Below, one piece after another: positions 20,010-30,819 of a DNA stretch of 64,000 bases. A model generated the notes under the pieces. The model worked only from the letters and a program-made list of their open reading frames with translations. It was not told the origin of the DNA and made no database searches. The DNA is from Sulfurospirillaceae bacterium (lineage in GTDB: Bacteria; Campylobacterota; Campylobacteria; Campylobacterales; Sulfurospirillaceae). Numbering within the stretch: the stretch's first letter is position 1; each line of letters starts with the position of its first letter. Location of the stretch: positions 1 through 64,000 of the forward strand of contig JAWVXD010000008.1 of NCBI GenBank assembly GCA_033723415.1, read 5' to 3'. A program made the translations under genes and the position numbers.

Positions 20010-20674
20010 TGTTGGAAAATTATAAAGAAATTTTAGATAAATCAAGAAAACGTGTATTGGATCTGGGCAATGATGTTGTGATGGCTTATGATTTATCGGT
20101 AGAGGCTTTTAGAGATAATGATCCTGAAAAAGCAGATCAATCTAGAAATTTATTGAAAAATTCTCATGAAAGAAACAGTAAAATAGATAATGAGATCATC
20201 AAAACACTAGCTCTTTTTTCTCCGGAAGCGAGAGATTTAAGAGTTGTTATCGCTCACCTAAAGATTGCAAGCGAACTTACAAGAATCTCTGATTATATTC
20301 GAGCATGTTCTAAAAATACAAAAATGCAAATAACAAGTGATTTTTCAGTAGAAGATATAAAAGAAGACACATTGGCTTATATGCAAAGTGCTGCAAAATC
20401 TCTAAAAGCAGCAGTAGAGTCTATCAAAGTTTCTTCTGAAGAAGCATTAGAAGAACTTTATAGAGAAGTCAATGTTGAAGAAAGCAAATGCGATGATATT
20501 CACTCAATCTTAGAACAAACAATCATACAAAAAGTCTGTGTTGTTCCTGATAAAGCAGTAGATTATATATCATTTTTAAAGAGTATGCGTAAGTTAGAGA
20601 GAATCTCCGATAGGAGTCTAAATATAGTCAAACTATCATATTTTGCCATAAAAGGTGGAAAGCTGAAATTATAA
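20006..20674 (+). CDS. phoU: Phosphate signalling protein PhoU
   Basis: PEARDLR...ELTRISDY and KLERISD repeats; follows pstB. Confidence 0.88.
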   Translation: MMLENYKEILDKSRKRVLDLGNDVVMAYDLSVEAFRDNDPEKADQSRNLLKNSHERNSKIDNEIIKTLALFSPEARDLRVVIAHLKIASELTRISDYIRACSKNTKMQITSDFSVEDIKEDTLAYMQSAAKSLKAAVESIKVSSEEALEELYREVNVEESKCDDIHSILEQTIIQKVCVVPDKAVDYISFLKSMRKLERISDRSLNIVKLSYFAIKGGKLKL

Positions 20675-21348
20675 TGTCTGCACAAATTGTAATAATTGAG
20701 GACGAAGAAGATTTACTAGAGCTATTGGAATATCACCTTGCAAAAGAAGGATATAATGTCATTGGCTTTTTATCTACAAAGAAAGTTGAAGAATTTCTTT
20801 TAGAAGAGACTGTTGATCTTATGATAGTTGATAGAAATCTTCCTGGAGTAGAAGGCAGTGAATTTGTCAAGTATTTAAGAAACAGTGGTTATCAAATCCC
20901 TGCGATATTTGTCAGTGCAAAAGATAGTGAAGAAGATATAGAAGAAGGCTTTTTAAAAGGCGGGGATGATTATATCACAAAGCCTTACAATATGAATGAA
21001 CTGCTTCTTAGAATAAAAGCCATACTAAGACGTACCAAATCATCTGTCGAGAATGGCAAACTTGCATATAAGGATATTTTGATAGATCTTGACAAACGTG
21101 AAGTTTTCGTTGATAATGAAAAGATAACTTTGAGCAAATTAGAATTTGATCTGCTTGTCTATTTTGTGAATAATAAAAATATAGTATTAGACAGAAATAG
21201 ATTGCTGGAAGATGTTTGGAGAGATAAATATCTGAAGCAAGATAAAACGGTCAATGTGACTGTGAACAGATTGAAAAATAGAATAGATAAAGATAATAAA
21301 AAAGGCTATATAAACTCTATTCGAGGTATAGGTTATAAGTTTTGCTAA
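20674..21348 (+). CDS. OmpR/PhoB-family response regulator (probable phosphate regulon regulator)
   Basis: Receiver EDE...VD...KP; winged helix ending IRGIGYK; operon context. Confidence 0.9.
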   Translation: MSAQIVIIEDEEDLLELLEYHLAKEGYNVIGFLSTKKVEEFLLEETVDLMIVDRNLPGVEGSEFVKYLRNSGYQIPAIFVSAKDSEEDIEEGFLKGGDDYITKPYNMNELLLRIKAILRRTKSSVENGKLAYKDILIDLDKREVFVDNEKITLSKLEFDLLVYFVNNKNIVLDRNRLLEDVWRDKYLKQDKTVNVTVNRLKNRIDKDNKKGYINSIRGIGYKFC

Positions 21349-22736
21349 GATTAAACCAACTCTACTTTCGTAACTATTTTTTACTCTTTTTCGGTACTAT
21401 TTTACTTCTCTCAAGCATCGGGTATTTTTTACTTGAAAAAATTGAGATAAATAATCATAAAACAATGCTTGCAAATATGATTGATCAATTTGTGGTAACT
21501 CGTAAAAATTTTAAAAATCTAGATAAAACATTGCAAGATATTCATCGTGAGACATCTGTAAGAATCACAATAATAGATAAAAAAGGTAAAGTCTTATATG
21601 AAAGTAATCGTAGTATCATAGGTATGGAGAACCATCTTCATAGGCCAGAGATACAGCAGGCTTTGAAAGCTGAATTTGGTTATTCTATCAGGCATTCTGT
21701 AAGTGTTGATGCAAATATGTTATATGTTGCAAAAAAAGACAATGACTACTTTGTAAGGATGTCATTTCCTCTTAGCAACATAAAGGGTAAGTTCTTTAAA
21801 TTTTGGTTTGCAGGGATCATTTTATTTTCTCTTTCAATGTTGCTGTCTATCTGGATCTCAATGAAAATCAATAAAAAAATCGGTCATGATATACAAAGCA
21901 TTAAGAACAGTTTAGATAATTTGCTAAATAAAAAATACGAAATTGAGTTTGGCGATGGTAAATGTTGTGATGAATTCGACACAATTGAGCGACAAATCAG
22001 TAAAGTATCTAAAAAATTAGAAAAAAGAGAAAAACAAAAATCAAAATATGCCAAAAATCTAAAGACACTTAGTAAAAAACAAAGTGATATAATCTCGGCA
22101 ATAAGTCATGAGTTTAAAAATCCTATAGCTGCAGTCATAGGTTATGCACAAAGTGTGAAAGACGATAGGGATCTAAGCGTAACTATAAGAGACAAATTCT
22201 TGGACAAAGTCATAAATAATGCCCATAAAATTTCAACTATGATCAATAGAATTTCAATGGCCATAAAGTTTGAAAATGATACATTTACACCTGAATTTAG
22301 CAGTTTTAATCTGGCAAATGCTGCAAATGATGTCAGGGATATGTTGCTTCAAAAATATAAAGATAGAAAAATCATAATAGAAGTGCCTGATTTGATAATA
22401 AAAGCAGATAGAGTAATGATTGAAAACGTTTTGACGAACTTGATTGAAAACGCACTTAAATATTCCGAGGGTGAAGTAATTGTAAAAACAGAAAACGGGA
22501 CTCTTGAAATTATAGATTCCGGTATCGGGATCGATGAACAAGATTTGGAGAATATAACAAAACGTTTTTATAGAGTAGATTCGCTTACCTGGGACAATTC
22601 TATAGGTGTCGGTTTGTATATTGTTGAGTATATATTAAAAATACATGGATGTGAGTTAAAAATCGACAGTATTCCGGAGGTTGGTTCAAGATTTTACTTT
22701 GATCTTACACCTTTGATACAGTTAGAGGAGAGTTGA
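21342..22736 (+). CDS. PhoR-like sensor histidine kinase
   Basis: Two TM helices, MENHLHRPEI periplasmic motif, SHEFKNP, NLIENALKY, DSGIGI. Confidence 0.9.
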   Translation: MLRLNQLYFRNYFLLFFGTILLLSSIGYFLLEKIEINNHKTMLANMIDQFVVTRKNFKNLDKTLQDIHRETSVRITIIDKKGKVLYESNRSIIGMENHLHRPEIQQALKAEFGYSIRHSVSVDANMLYVAKKDNDYFVRMSFPLSNIKGKFFKFWFAGIILFSLSMLLSIWISMKINKKIGHDIQSIKNSLDNLLNKKYEIEFGDGKCCDEFDTIERQISKVSKKLEKREKQKSKYAKNLKTLSKKQSDIISAISHEFKNPIAAVIGYAQSVKDDRDLSVTIRDKFLDKVINNAHKISTMINRISMAIKFENDTFTPEFSSFNLANAANDVRDMLLQKYKDRKIIIEVPDLIIKADRVMIENVLTNLIENALKYSEGEVIVKTENGTLEIIDSGIGIDEQDLENITKRFYRVDSLTWDNSIGVGLYIVEYILKIHGCELKIDSIPEVGSRFYFDLTPLIQLEES

Positions 22737-22742
22737 TCTTTT

Positions 22743-22759
22743 TTGGAACATAAATTGCT
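22743..22759 (+). promoter_or_regulatory. Sigma54 promoter of flgI
   Basis: TTGGAACATAAATTGCT, GG-N10-GC. Confidence 0.85.
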
Positions 22760-22790
22760 TTAACTTTGGTAATAAAACCAAAGGATCGCA

Positions 22791-23849
22791 ATGAAGCTGT
22801 TTATTGTATTTTTTCTGATACTATCAAACATATCTTTTCTCCAGGCTGAAAAAATTAAAGATATCGCAAATATCATAGGTGTAAGAGAAAATCAACTCAT
22901 AGGTTATGGTCTCGTTGTTGGACTAAATGGAACGGGAGATGGAAGTTCTTCTACATTTACACTGCGTTCACTCTCCAATCTTTTACAAACAGTAAATGTA
23001 AAAATTGCTCCTGCTGATATAAAGTCAAAAAATGTTGCAGCCGTCATAGTTACTACAAAATTAGGACCTTTTTCAAGACAAGGGGATAAGTTAAATGTTG
23101 TTATCTCTTCTATAGGGGATGCAAAATCACTTCAGGGCGGAACTTTGCTTCTTACGGCACTTAAAGGCGTTGATGGGAAAATATATGCCCTGGCTCAAGG
23201 TTCTATAACAATCGGTGGAATGAACGAAAAACGTAGTCGTGGACAAGAAAACCATGCTACAAACGGCACTATATTCGGCGGAGGTATCGTTGAGAGAGAT
23301 GTCGCGTATGATCTTTATGATAAGAAAGTTGCTGATCTTAGTTTAAAGAAATCAGATTTTGATACTGCTGTAGCAATACAAAAAGCCATAAATTCATATT
23401 TTGACAATGACATTGCAACTGCCATAGATTCAAGAACAATAAGACTAAAAAAGCCTGATAGTCTGTCTATGGTTGAATTTTTAGCCAAAATGCTTAATGT
23501 CAATGTCAAATACACAAAAGAAGAGAAAATAGTCATAGATGAGCGAACAGGTACGGTTGTAAGCGGTATTAATATACATGTATCGCCTGTTATTATAACA
23601 CACGGTGATATCACTATAAAAATAGAACCACGAAAGACTATGCCAAATGATAATCAGCAAGTAGATATAGGTGATGGAGTAAAAATAGCAATCAATAAAA
23701 ATGAACTTAATATGAAAGAAAATGATATAACTATCGCAAATATTACAAGAGCCCTGCAAAAGCTTGGAGCAAAGCCAAAAGATATTATTTCTATTATAGA
23801 AAATATAAAAAGAGCAGGCGCAATTAACGCAAAATTGGAGATAATTTAA
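22791..23849 (+). CDS. flgI: Flagellar P-ring protein
   Basis: IKDIANIIGVRENQLIGYGLVVGLNGTGD, KSKNVAAV, IDERTGTVV. Confidence 0.96.
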   Translation: MKLFIVFFLILSNISFLQAEKIKDIANIIGVRENQLIGYGLVVGLNGTGDGSSSTFTLRSLSNLLQTVNVKIAPADIKSKNVAAVIVTTKLGPFSRQGDKLNVVISSIGDAKSLQGGTLLLTALKGVDGKIYALAQGSITIGGMNEKRSRGQENHATNGTIFGGGIVERDVAYDLYDKKVADLSLKKSDFDTAVAIQKAINSYFDNDIATAIDSRTIRLKKPDSLSMVEFLAKMLNVNVKYTKEEKIVIDERTGTVVSGINIHVSPVIITHGDITIKIEPRKTMPNDNQQVDIGDGVKIAINKNELNMKENDITIANITRALQKLGAKPKDIISIIENIKRAGAINAKLEII

Positions 23850-24142
23850 TGAGTTACAATGTTGATAATACAATCGCAAAATCGTATATAGGAGCACTCA
23901 AGGTTCCATCAAATACGCAAAACTTAAATGATAAAAAATTAAAAGAAGAAACAGACAAATTTGAAGCTTTTTTTATAAAAAAGATATTGGATGTTTCTAC
24001 AAAGGGCGAGAACTCTTTATTTGGGAAAAGTGCAGGTACTGATATATATCATTCAATGTATAATGATGCTATTAGTAACTCTATGGGAGGAAAATTTGGG
24101 CTAAGTCAGTTGCTTTTTAATTATTTAAAGAGTAAAGGTTAA
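23849..24142 (+). CDS. flgJ: Short FlgJ (rod-binding domain only)
   Basis: LKEETDKFEAFFIK...IYHSMY...FGLSQLLF; follows flgI. Confidence 0.8.
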   Translation: MSYNVDNTIAKSYIGALKVPSNTQNLNDKKLKEETDKFEAFFIKKILDVSTKGENSLFGKSAGTDIYHSMYNDAISNSMGGKFGLSQLLFNYLKSKG

Positions 24143-24165
24143 GTTTTATCATTTTTTGACGATAT
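24139..24165 (+). promoter_or_regulatory. Probable sigma28 promoter of flgM
   Basis: TTAA-N15-GACGATAT upstream of flgM. Confidence 0.6.
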
Positions 24166-24214
24166 AGTATTTAAGTAGAATAGTAAGTATCTAAGATACT
24201 AAAGGGGTTTAAAA

Positions 24215-24412
24215 ATGATTTCAAAAACTAGAGCCGGAAGTGCGGCTATCTTGCAGAATACACAAGATTTAAAAAAGAACAAGGGCACTGCCCAAGTAAA
24301 GAAAAACAAAGCGTTAGATAAGACGGATATGATAAAAGAGCAGATCAAGAATGGTACTTATAAAGTAGATATTCAAAAAACTGCCCAATCAATACTCAAG
24401 GAGCTTATTTAA
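24215..24412 (+). CDS. flgM: Anti-sigma28 factor FlgM
   Basis: IKEQIKNGTYKVDIQKTAQSI motif. Confidence 0.88.
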   Translation: MISKTRAGSAAILQNTQDLKKNKGTAQVKKNKALDKTDMIKEQIKNGTYKVDIQKTAQSILKELI

Positions 24413-24433
24413 CCTTTTAAACAAAGGATTTAA

Positions 24434-24862
24434 ATGTTGCTACATTACCTTACTAGTTCGATAAACGATATAGATAATTTAATAGAATTAACAAAAAAAG
24501 ATATAGAAGATATAAAAGAAGCAAATCATGAGCTTGTTTTTGAAAGAACAAAAATAAAAAATGATTTAGTTAAAGCATTTGAAAATAAAAAATCATTATT
24601 GGATAATGAACTCATAAAATTAGTCTCTGAAAACGAAAATTCCAGTCTTGATGCTATCTTGAACGATGAGCAAAAAGAATTGTTAAATAACATGAAAACA
24701 AAGTTGACGCAACTTAAAGAAGTAAATAAAGAGTATGCAAAATTTGTTGTCATAGTCAGTGAGTTTTATAATACCTTACTGGATAAAATTTTTCCAAGAG
24801 AGTTAGAGGGCTATAAAAAAGCCAATCATGCCCCGGCAAAATTATTTAAAGCGAGAGCATAA
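24434..24862 (+). CDS. flgN: FlgN-like flagellar chaperone
   Basis: Helical protein between flgM and flgK. Confidence 0.7.
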   Translation: MLLHYLTSSINDIDNLIELTKKDIEDIKEANHELVFERTKIKNDLVKAFENKKSLLDNELIKLVSENENSSLDAILNDEQKELLNNMKTKLTQLKEVNKEYAKFVVIVSEFYNTLLDKIFPRELEGYKKANHAPAKLFKARA

Positions 24863-26718
24863 TGAGTCTTTTTAGCACATTAAATACAGGTTATTCCGGT
24901 TTAAGTGCTGCAGAACTTGCAACTTCTGTGACCGGAAACAATATTTCAAATGCAAATAATGATTATTATACTAGACAAAGAGTTGTTACATCTGCTTCAA
25001 CACCTATGGATTTTACACCTGGCAGTGTAGGAACAGGAGTTACAGTTACTTCGATCGAGAGAATCCATAACGAATTTGTATATGGAAGGCTCAAAGACAC
25101 GTCAAACCAGTTGTCTTACAATCAATATTCACAACAAACTCTAAACGAGATTGCTGGATATTTTCCTGATTTACAAGGTTCTGGAATTGGAAATGATTTA
25201 GCAAATTATTTTAACTCTTGGAATTCTCTTTCCTCTAATGCGAGTAGTGAATCTCAAAAAGTAACTTTAATACAAAACGCATCAACGCTAGCAACAAACA
25301 TTTCAAAGACACATAGTCAGCTTGAAGCATTGCAAACTTCACTAAATGATCAGGTAAAAGCAAATATAAATGAAGTAAATGCTATAGGTAAACAAATTGC
25401 AAATTTAAATAAAAGTATTGCAACGGCTGAAAGTGTAAGTGGAAATAATGCAAATGATCTTAGAGATCAAAGAGACAATTTAGAGTTGAATTTATCTAAA
25501 ATAATGAGTATATCAGTTTCAAAAGGGAACATATCGACTCAAAATGTTATCGATTCCAATGCTACAGATCAAGGCAATAGTTATAATCTTAATATAGCAG
25601 GAAGTTCATTTGTGGATGGAGAAACATTTCATCCCCTTATTGTAGATAATACAAATAATCAAAGCAGTTATTACTCAATATATATGGGTTTGCAAGATGG
25701 AACAAAAGAAGATCTAACAACAAAGATACAAGGTGGAAAACTAGGGGCTATACTTGATCTAAGAGGTAGAAGCTTTAGTAATAGTAGTACAAATGGCGGA
25801 AGCCCTACTGATGGCATTTTGCAAGGTTATATCAATAACTTGGATACTTTTACGAATACTCTAATAACACAAACAAATAATATATACGCACAAAGTGCCA
25901 GCGATAAAATGCAAAGTCCTCCTCAAACAAATATAAAATCCGATACCGGTTTAATGAGTTCGGATCTAAATATAAATGCTGGAACTTTTGATGTGGTCAT
26001 GTATGATAGTTCCGGAGCAGAAGTCGGAAGAAAAACTATCACGATAAATCAAAATACGACAATGAGTAATGATACGCTAGGAGCTAGTATTATAACTCAG
26101 ATAAATTCTAAAACTGATGATAATCATGATAATAATCTGACAAATGACATAAGTAATAAATTTGTTGCTACTTATGGTCCAGACAATGTGCTTGCAATAG
26201 TACCGACAAATAGCAATACTTCGGGTGAATATAAAATATCATTAGAAGACAATGGTACAAATTTTCCTGGGGCCATAGGTTTGAATCAATTTTTTACAGG
26301 AAATAATGCAAAAAATATTAAAGTAAACTCTACTTATGTGCAACATCCTACAAAAATCCAAGCTTATAAGGCACCGATTAGTGGAAATAATGATGTAGCA
26401 AATAGTATGGTGCAATTACAATATGATAGTTTGAATTTCTATGGACAAAATAGAGATGTAATTCAGAACAAACTTTCAGGTTACTATGGTGCTATTACAA
26501 CTAAAATCGCAAGTGACGGTGAGCAAGCGGGTAAGAACGTTAGCACATCAACTGCATTGTTCAATACGGTACAAACGGAGTTTCAATCTATTAGCGGAGT
26601 AAGTACTGATCAAGAATTGACAAATTTGATGAAGTTTCAAACTGCATACAGTGCCAATGCAAAAATTATTACAACCATAGATCATATGTTGACGACATTG
26701 CTCGGTATTAAGCAATAG
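24862..26718 (+). CDS. flgK: Flagellar hook-associated protein 1
   Basis: NNISNANNDYYTRQRV, NDLRDQRD, SISGVSTDQELTNLMKFQTAYSANAK. Confidence 0.96.
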   Translation: MSLFSTLNTGYSGLSAAELATSVTGNNISNANNDYYTRQRVVTSASTPMDFTPGSVGTGVTVTSIERIHNEFVYGRLKDTSNQLSYNQYSQQTLNEIAGYFPDLQGSGIGNDLANYFNSWNSLSSNASSESQKVTLIQNASTLATNISKTHSQLEALQTSLNDQVKANINEVNAIGKQIANLNKSIATAESVSGNNANDLRDQRDNLELNLSKIMSISVSKGNISTQNVIDSNATDQGNSYNLNIAGSSFVDGETFHPLIVDNTNNQSSYYSIYMGLQDGTKEDLTTKIQGGKLGAILDLRGRSFSNSSTNGGSPTDGILQGYINNLDTFTNTLITQTNNIYAQSASDKMQSPPQTNIKSDTGLMSSDLNINAGTFDVVMYDSSGAEVGRKTITINQNTTMSNDTLGASIITQINSKTDDNHDNNLTNDISNKFVATYGPDNVLAIVPTNSNTSGEYKISLEDNGTNFPGAIGLNQFFTGNNAKNIKVNSTYVQHPTKIQAYKAPISGNNDVANSMVQLQYDSLNFYGQNRDVIQNKLSGYYGAITTKIASDGEQAGKNVSTSTALFNTVQTEFQSISGVSTDQELTNLMKFQTAYSANAKIITTIDHMLTTLLGIKQ

Positions 26719-26731
26719 AGGCAATATTTAG

Positions 26732-27541
26732 TTGAAAAAAATTCCGATTATAAGTATATTTACTATAGTATTTATACTTTTTTTCTCATTTGTATTGCCG
26801 TATTTTTATAGGGTGTCTCCATATGATCTTAATTATCATTCTATACTGCTAAGCCCTTCATTTGAGCATATATGCGGCACGGATAGATTAGGAAGAGACC
26901 TGCTGGCAAGATTGATGCAAGGTGGAAGAGTTTCACTAACGATCGGATTTTTAAGTTCACTGATAGCCAGTTTTATAGGTGTTATGATCGGTATGAGTGC
27001 CGGATTTTTTAAAGGCTTTGTAGATAAAAGTATCGTTGTCATGATCGATCTATTTTTAACATTTCCTACATTTTTTCTTTTGTTGGCATTGATTAGCTAT
27101 GTAAATGCTTCTGTGCTTATACTAATTGTTGTCATTTCTATTACAGGATGGATGGGTATGGCAAGGATGATAAGAAGTGAAAGTTTTGCAATATCGCATA
27201 TGCCTTTTATCAAAATCTTAAAGATAGCCAAAGTAAGCCCTTTTAAGATTATAATCAAGTATTATTTACCTCTCATCGCACCAATATTCCTTATTAGTTT
27301 TACTTTTGGTGTCAGCGGATCTATTTTGGCAGAAAGCGGTTTGAGTTTTTTAGGTATTGGTATAACGCCTCCACAAATGAGTTGGGGAACTATCATAAGT
27401 GAAGGTAAAGAAGTTATAGACATAGCTTGGTGGCTCAGTTTTTTCCCAGGTCTCCTTATATTCTTTGTCACTTTTTCATTGATCAACATCACAGACTATC
27501 TTCAAACTAAAACAAATGAAAAAGAGATTATAAATGTTTGA
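26732..27541 (+). CDS. DppC/OppC-type ABC transporter permease (stand-alone)
   Basis: GTDRLGRDLLAR, ILAESGLSFLGIG, SWGTII. Confidence 0.88.
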   Translation: MKKIPIISIFTIVFILFFSFVLPYFYRVSPYDLNYHSILLSPSFEHICGTDRLGRDLLARLMQGGRVSLTIGFLSSLIASFIGVMIGMSAGFFKGFVDKSIVVMIDLFLTFPTFFLLLALISYVNASVLILIVVISITGWMGMARMIRSESFAISHMPFIKILKIAKVSPFKIIIKYYLPLIAPIFLISFTFGVSGSILAESGLSFLGIGITPPQMSWGTIISEGKEVIDIAWWLSFFPGLLIFFVTFSLINITDYLQTKTNEKEIINV

Positions 27542-28286
27542 TACTAAAAATGTGCATGAAATGCTTCTTAAGGAGGCTGCAAAAAGAGATAATGCTCATG
27601 AGATAACGCAAGAAAAGCCTGATCCTTTATTGGTGGCATCAAAATACAAAGAGGAGTATATATCACTTTTATGTGCCATGTACGCCTATGGCAATGTAAA
27701 TGCAATAGTAAATTTTTTAAACTCTTTAGATTTTAATTTGTTAGATTCTGATGAATCGGAGATAAAAACAAAGCTTTGTGACAAATACTATAGATTTCAG
27801 TCTGTTTTGGATACTCAAGAGATATTTACGACATTAAATAAAATGAAAAAAATCTCATCATTAGAGTCAATTTTTATGGAAGGATATGCAAAAAAGTTTG
27901 ATGTTATGGATGGTATTTTTCATATAATTGAAACCATGTATGACATAAACCCGTACAGATCTAGAGGATATGAGTTCTTAATAGGGAAAATACCTAAAAA
28001 AAAGATTACTTCTCCATACAAAAGATGGCATATGTTCCTTAGATGGATGGTTAGAGATGACAATTTAGACTTTGGACTCTGGAGAGATATTGAGAAAAAA
28101 CATTTGCTTATGCCACTTGATACACATACCTTTAATATAGGCAAAAAACTTGGTTTGATCCAAAGAAAAGTATATGATTTCCAAGCAGTCTTAGAATTGA
28201 CAAATTCACTTAAAAAACTCGACTCAGAGGATCCTGTAAAGTTTGATTTTGCACTATATAGGATAGGGCAGGAAAATATACTTTAG
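27534..28286 (+). CDS. TIGR02757/DUF2400-family protein (HhH-GPD-like)
   Basis: KRWHMFLRWMVR, DFGLW, PLDTHT, DPVKFDFALY. Confidence 0.85.
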   Translation: MFDTKNVHEMLLKEAAKRDNAHEITQEKPDPLLVASKYKEEYISLLCAMYAYGNVNAIVNFLNSLDFNLLDSDESEIKTKLCDKYYRFQSVLDTQEIFTTLNKMKKISSLESIFMEGYAKKFDVMDGIFHIIETMYDINPYRSRGYEFLIGKIPKKKITSPYKRWHMFLRWMVRDDNLDFGLWRDIEKKHLLMPLDTHTFNIGKKLGLIQRKVYDFQAVLELTNSLKKLDSEDPVKFDFALYRIGQENIL

Positions 28287-28367
28287 TGTATAATTATTTA
28301 AGACTTAATCATTTATTAAATCATTTTTAGATAAAATCTGTCAAAATATTTAAAAGGAAATTGCGTA

Positions 28368-29045
28368 ATGAATGAAACATTTACATTCTTAGGCCTTATT
28401 GATCATGGGTACAGCTATATTTTTGTCTCACATATGTTGTTGGTGGCAGTTATAGTCTTGGTCATCGCCAAACTTGCTACTAGCTCATTACAATTGGTAC
28501 CAAGAGGAACACAAAATGTTATGGAGGCATATCTAGAGGGTATCTTAGCTATGGGAAAAGATGTCATTGGAGAAGAGCTGTCTAAGAAATATCTTCCACT
28601 TGTTGCAACTTTGGGCTTGATGATTTTTGTTGCAAACTTTTTGGGTATTTTCCCTGGATTTGAGTCACCATCAGGAAACCTCAATATGACTATTGCTTTA
28701 GCAATCATAGTTTTTCTGTATTATAATTTTGAAGGTTTACGCGTAAACGGATTTATACATTATTTTGGTCATTTTATGGGACCATTGAAGATACTGGCAC
28801 CTCTAATGTTTCCTATTGAGATAGTATCTCATTTATCAAGAATTATATCACTATCATTTCGTTTGTTCGGTAATATAAAAGGAGATGATCTTTTCTTGGC
28901 AGTAATCTTAATGCTTGCTCCTTGGATAGCACCTTTACCTGCATATGCTCTTTTAGTCTTTTCTGCAATCTTGCAAACATTTATCTTTATGATATTGACA
29001 TATGTTTATCTAGCAGGTGCAGTACTTATTAGTGAAGAACACTAA
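28368..29045 (+). CDS. atpB: F0F1 ATP synthase subunit a
   Basis: [23 protein letters not shown]. Confidence 0.96.
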   Translation: MNETFTFLGLIDHGYSYIFVSHMLLVAVIVLVIAKLATSSLQLVPRGTQNVMEAYLEGILAMGKDVIGEELSKKYLPLVATLGLMIFVANFLGIFPGFESPSGNLNMTIALAIIVFLYYNFEGLRVNGFIHYFGHFMGPLKILAPLMFPIEIVSHLSRIISLSFRLFGNIKGDDLFLAVILMLAPWIAPLPAYALLVFSAILQTFIFMILTYVYLAGAVLISEEH

Positions 29046-29053
29046 ACTTTCTT

Positions 29054-29332
29054 ATGGAAAGACAAAGTTTATTTGAAAAAATACTTAGCCTACTACAAGG
29101 TGCTGCATGGGCATTGGTCGTAGTAGGCGCTTTCGCGTTCTTTATAAGCCTTTATCACCTAGGTCTGCTTATTGCTACATTTGGCGGATTTATAGGTTCT
29201 CTTGCCGGTTTCTTTTTTGTCATAATATTTGAAATCGTCCAAATTCAATTTGAAAAACTTCGAGAAATTAAAAAACAGACAAAACTTCTAGAAAAATTAG
29301 TTGAACAAAACAACAGCAATACGATAGTTTAG
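29054..29332 (+). CDS. Small two-helix membrane protein
   Basis: Two hydrophobic segments and a charged tail; follows atpB. Confidence 0.65.
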   Translation: MERQSLFEKILSLLQGAAWALVVVGAFAFFISLYHLGLLIATFGGFIGSLAGFFFVIIFEIVQIQFEKLREIKKQTKLLEKLVEQNNSNTIV

Positions 29333-29388
29333 AGAATTTAAAAGAAATTAATGTTAAAATAAGTCTATAAAAATTAAAGGTTTTATAG

Positions 29389-30819
29389 ATGTTTGAAGTT
29401 ATCATTGGTTTAGAAGTACACGCTCAATTAAATACAAAAACGAAGATATTTTGTAGTTGTCCTACTAGTTTTGGTCATGAGCCAAATACAAATGTTTGTC
29501 CGGTCTGTTTAGCACTACCAGGAGCACTTCCTGTTCTTAATATAGAAGCCGTAAAGAAAGCTATCGCATTTGGTACGGCTGTGAATGCTACTGTTCATCA
29601 CAGATCAATATTTAATAGAAAAAATTATTTTTATCCTGACCTGCCAAAAGGCTATCAAATCAGTCAATTTGAAATTCCGATAGTTGAAGGTGGAGAGATC
29701 ATAATCGATCTAGATGACGGAAACACAAAAAGAATAGGGGTAACAAGAGCTCATCTTGAAGAAGATGCAGGCAAAAACACGCATCAAGGCTCAATCAGTC
29801 ATGTGGATCTAAATCGAGCAGGCACTCCGCTTCTTGAGATTGTTAGTGAACCAGATATGCGAAGCGCTGATGAAGCTATAAAATATTTAAAGAAACTTCA
29901 TTCTATCGTTAGATATTTAGATATCAGTGATGCGAATATGCAAGAAGGAAGCTTTAGATGTGATGTCAATATATCAATAAGACCAAAAGGTGAAGACAAG
30001 CTTTATACGAGGGCAGAAATCAAAAACTTGAACTCTTTTAAATTTATCCAAAAAGCTATACACTATGAGATAGAACGTCAGACAAGTGCTTGGGAAGACG
30101 GTATTTATGAACAAGAAGTCGTTCAAGAGACAAGATTGTATGATATTGATAAAAATGAAACAAGAAGTATGAGAGGTAAAGAAGACAGTGCAGAGTACAG
30201 ATATTTCCCTGATCCAGATTTACTGCCTGTAGTCGTTTCAGAAGAGTTGATGCAGGAGTGTAAAAAAATACCAGAACTTCCGGATGAAAAGAAACTGAGA
30301 TTTATAAAAGATTTTGGGATTAAGGAGTACGATGCGCAGGTTTTGACAAGTACTGTTGAAATGGCAAAATTTTTTGAAGATATGATAGAGTTTGGCGCTG
30401 ATCCAAAGATGAGTGTTACTTGGCTTTGTGTGGAGTTACAAGGTAGACTGACTCATGGTATAAGTCTTGAAGAGAGTGCAATTGATGCCGAGAAATTAGC
30501 AAGTTTAGTCAAAAGAATACAAGATTCTACCATAAGCGGAAAAGCTGCGAAAGAAGTACTGGATTTTATTTTAGAAAATGATGATGCGAGTGTTGATGAA
30601 GCTATTGATAAATTAGGTTTGAAACAACTTAGTGATGATTCTTCTATATTAAGTTTGATTGATGAGATTTTAGAAGCTAATAATGATAAAGTTGAACAAT
30701 ATAAAAGCGGTAAAGATAAATTGTTTGGATTTTTTGTGGGTCAAGTCATGAAGGCCAGTAAAGGAACTGCAAATCCATCGAAAGTTAATGAGTTGCTAAT
30801 AAAAAAATTAGGTAGTTAA
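29389..30819 (+). CDS. gatB: Asp/Glu-tRNA amidotransferase subunit B
   Basis: [43 protein letters not shown]. Confidence 0.97.
   Translation: MFEVIIGLEVHAQLNTKTKIFCSCPTSFGHEPNTNVCPVCLALPGALPVLNIEAVKKAIAFGTAVNATVHHRSIFNRKNYFYPDLPKGYQISQFEIPIVEGGEIIIDLDDGNTKRIGVTRAHLEEDAGKNTHQGSISHVDLNRAGTPLLEIVSEPDMRSADEAIKYLKKLHSIVRYLDISDANMQEGSFRCDVNISIRPKGEDKLYTRAEIKNLNSFKFIQKAIHYEIERQTSAWEDGIYEQEVVQETRLYDIDKNETRSMRGKEDSAEYRYFPDPDLLPVVVSEELMQECKKIPELPDEKKLRFIKDFGIKEYDAQVLTSTVEMAKFFEDMIEFGADPKMSVTWLCVELQGRLTHGISLEESAIDAEKLASLVKRIQDSTISGKAAKEVLDFILENDDASVDEAIDKLGLKQLSDDSSILSLIDEILEANNDKVEQYKSGKDKLFGFFVGQVMKASKGTANPSKVNELLIKKLGS

Noticed and set aside
28368..29045. atpB separated from the other ATP synthase genes
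   Set aside because: A split atp operon is normal in Campylobacterota.
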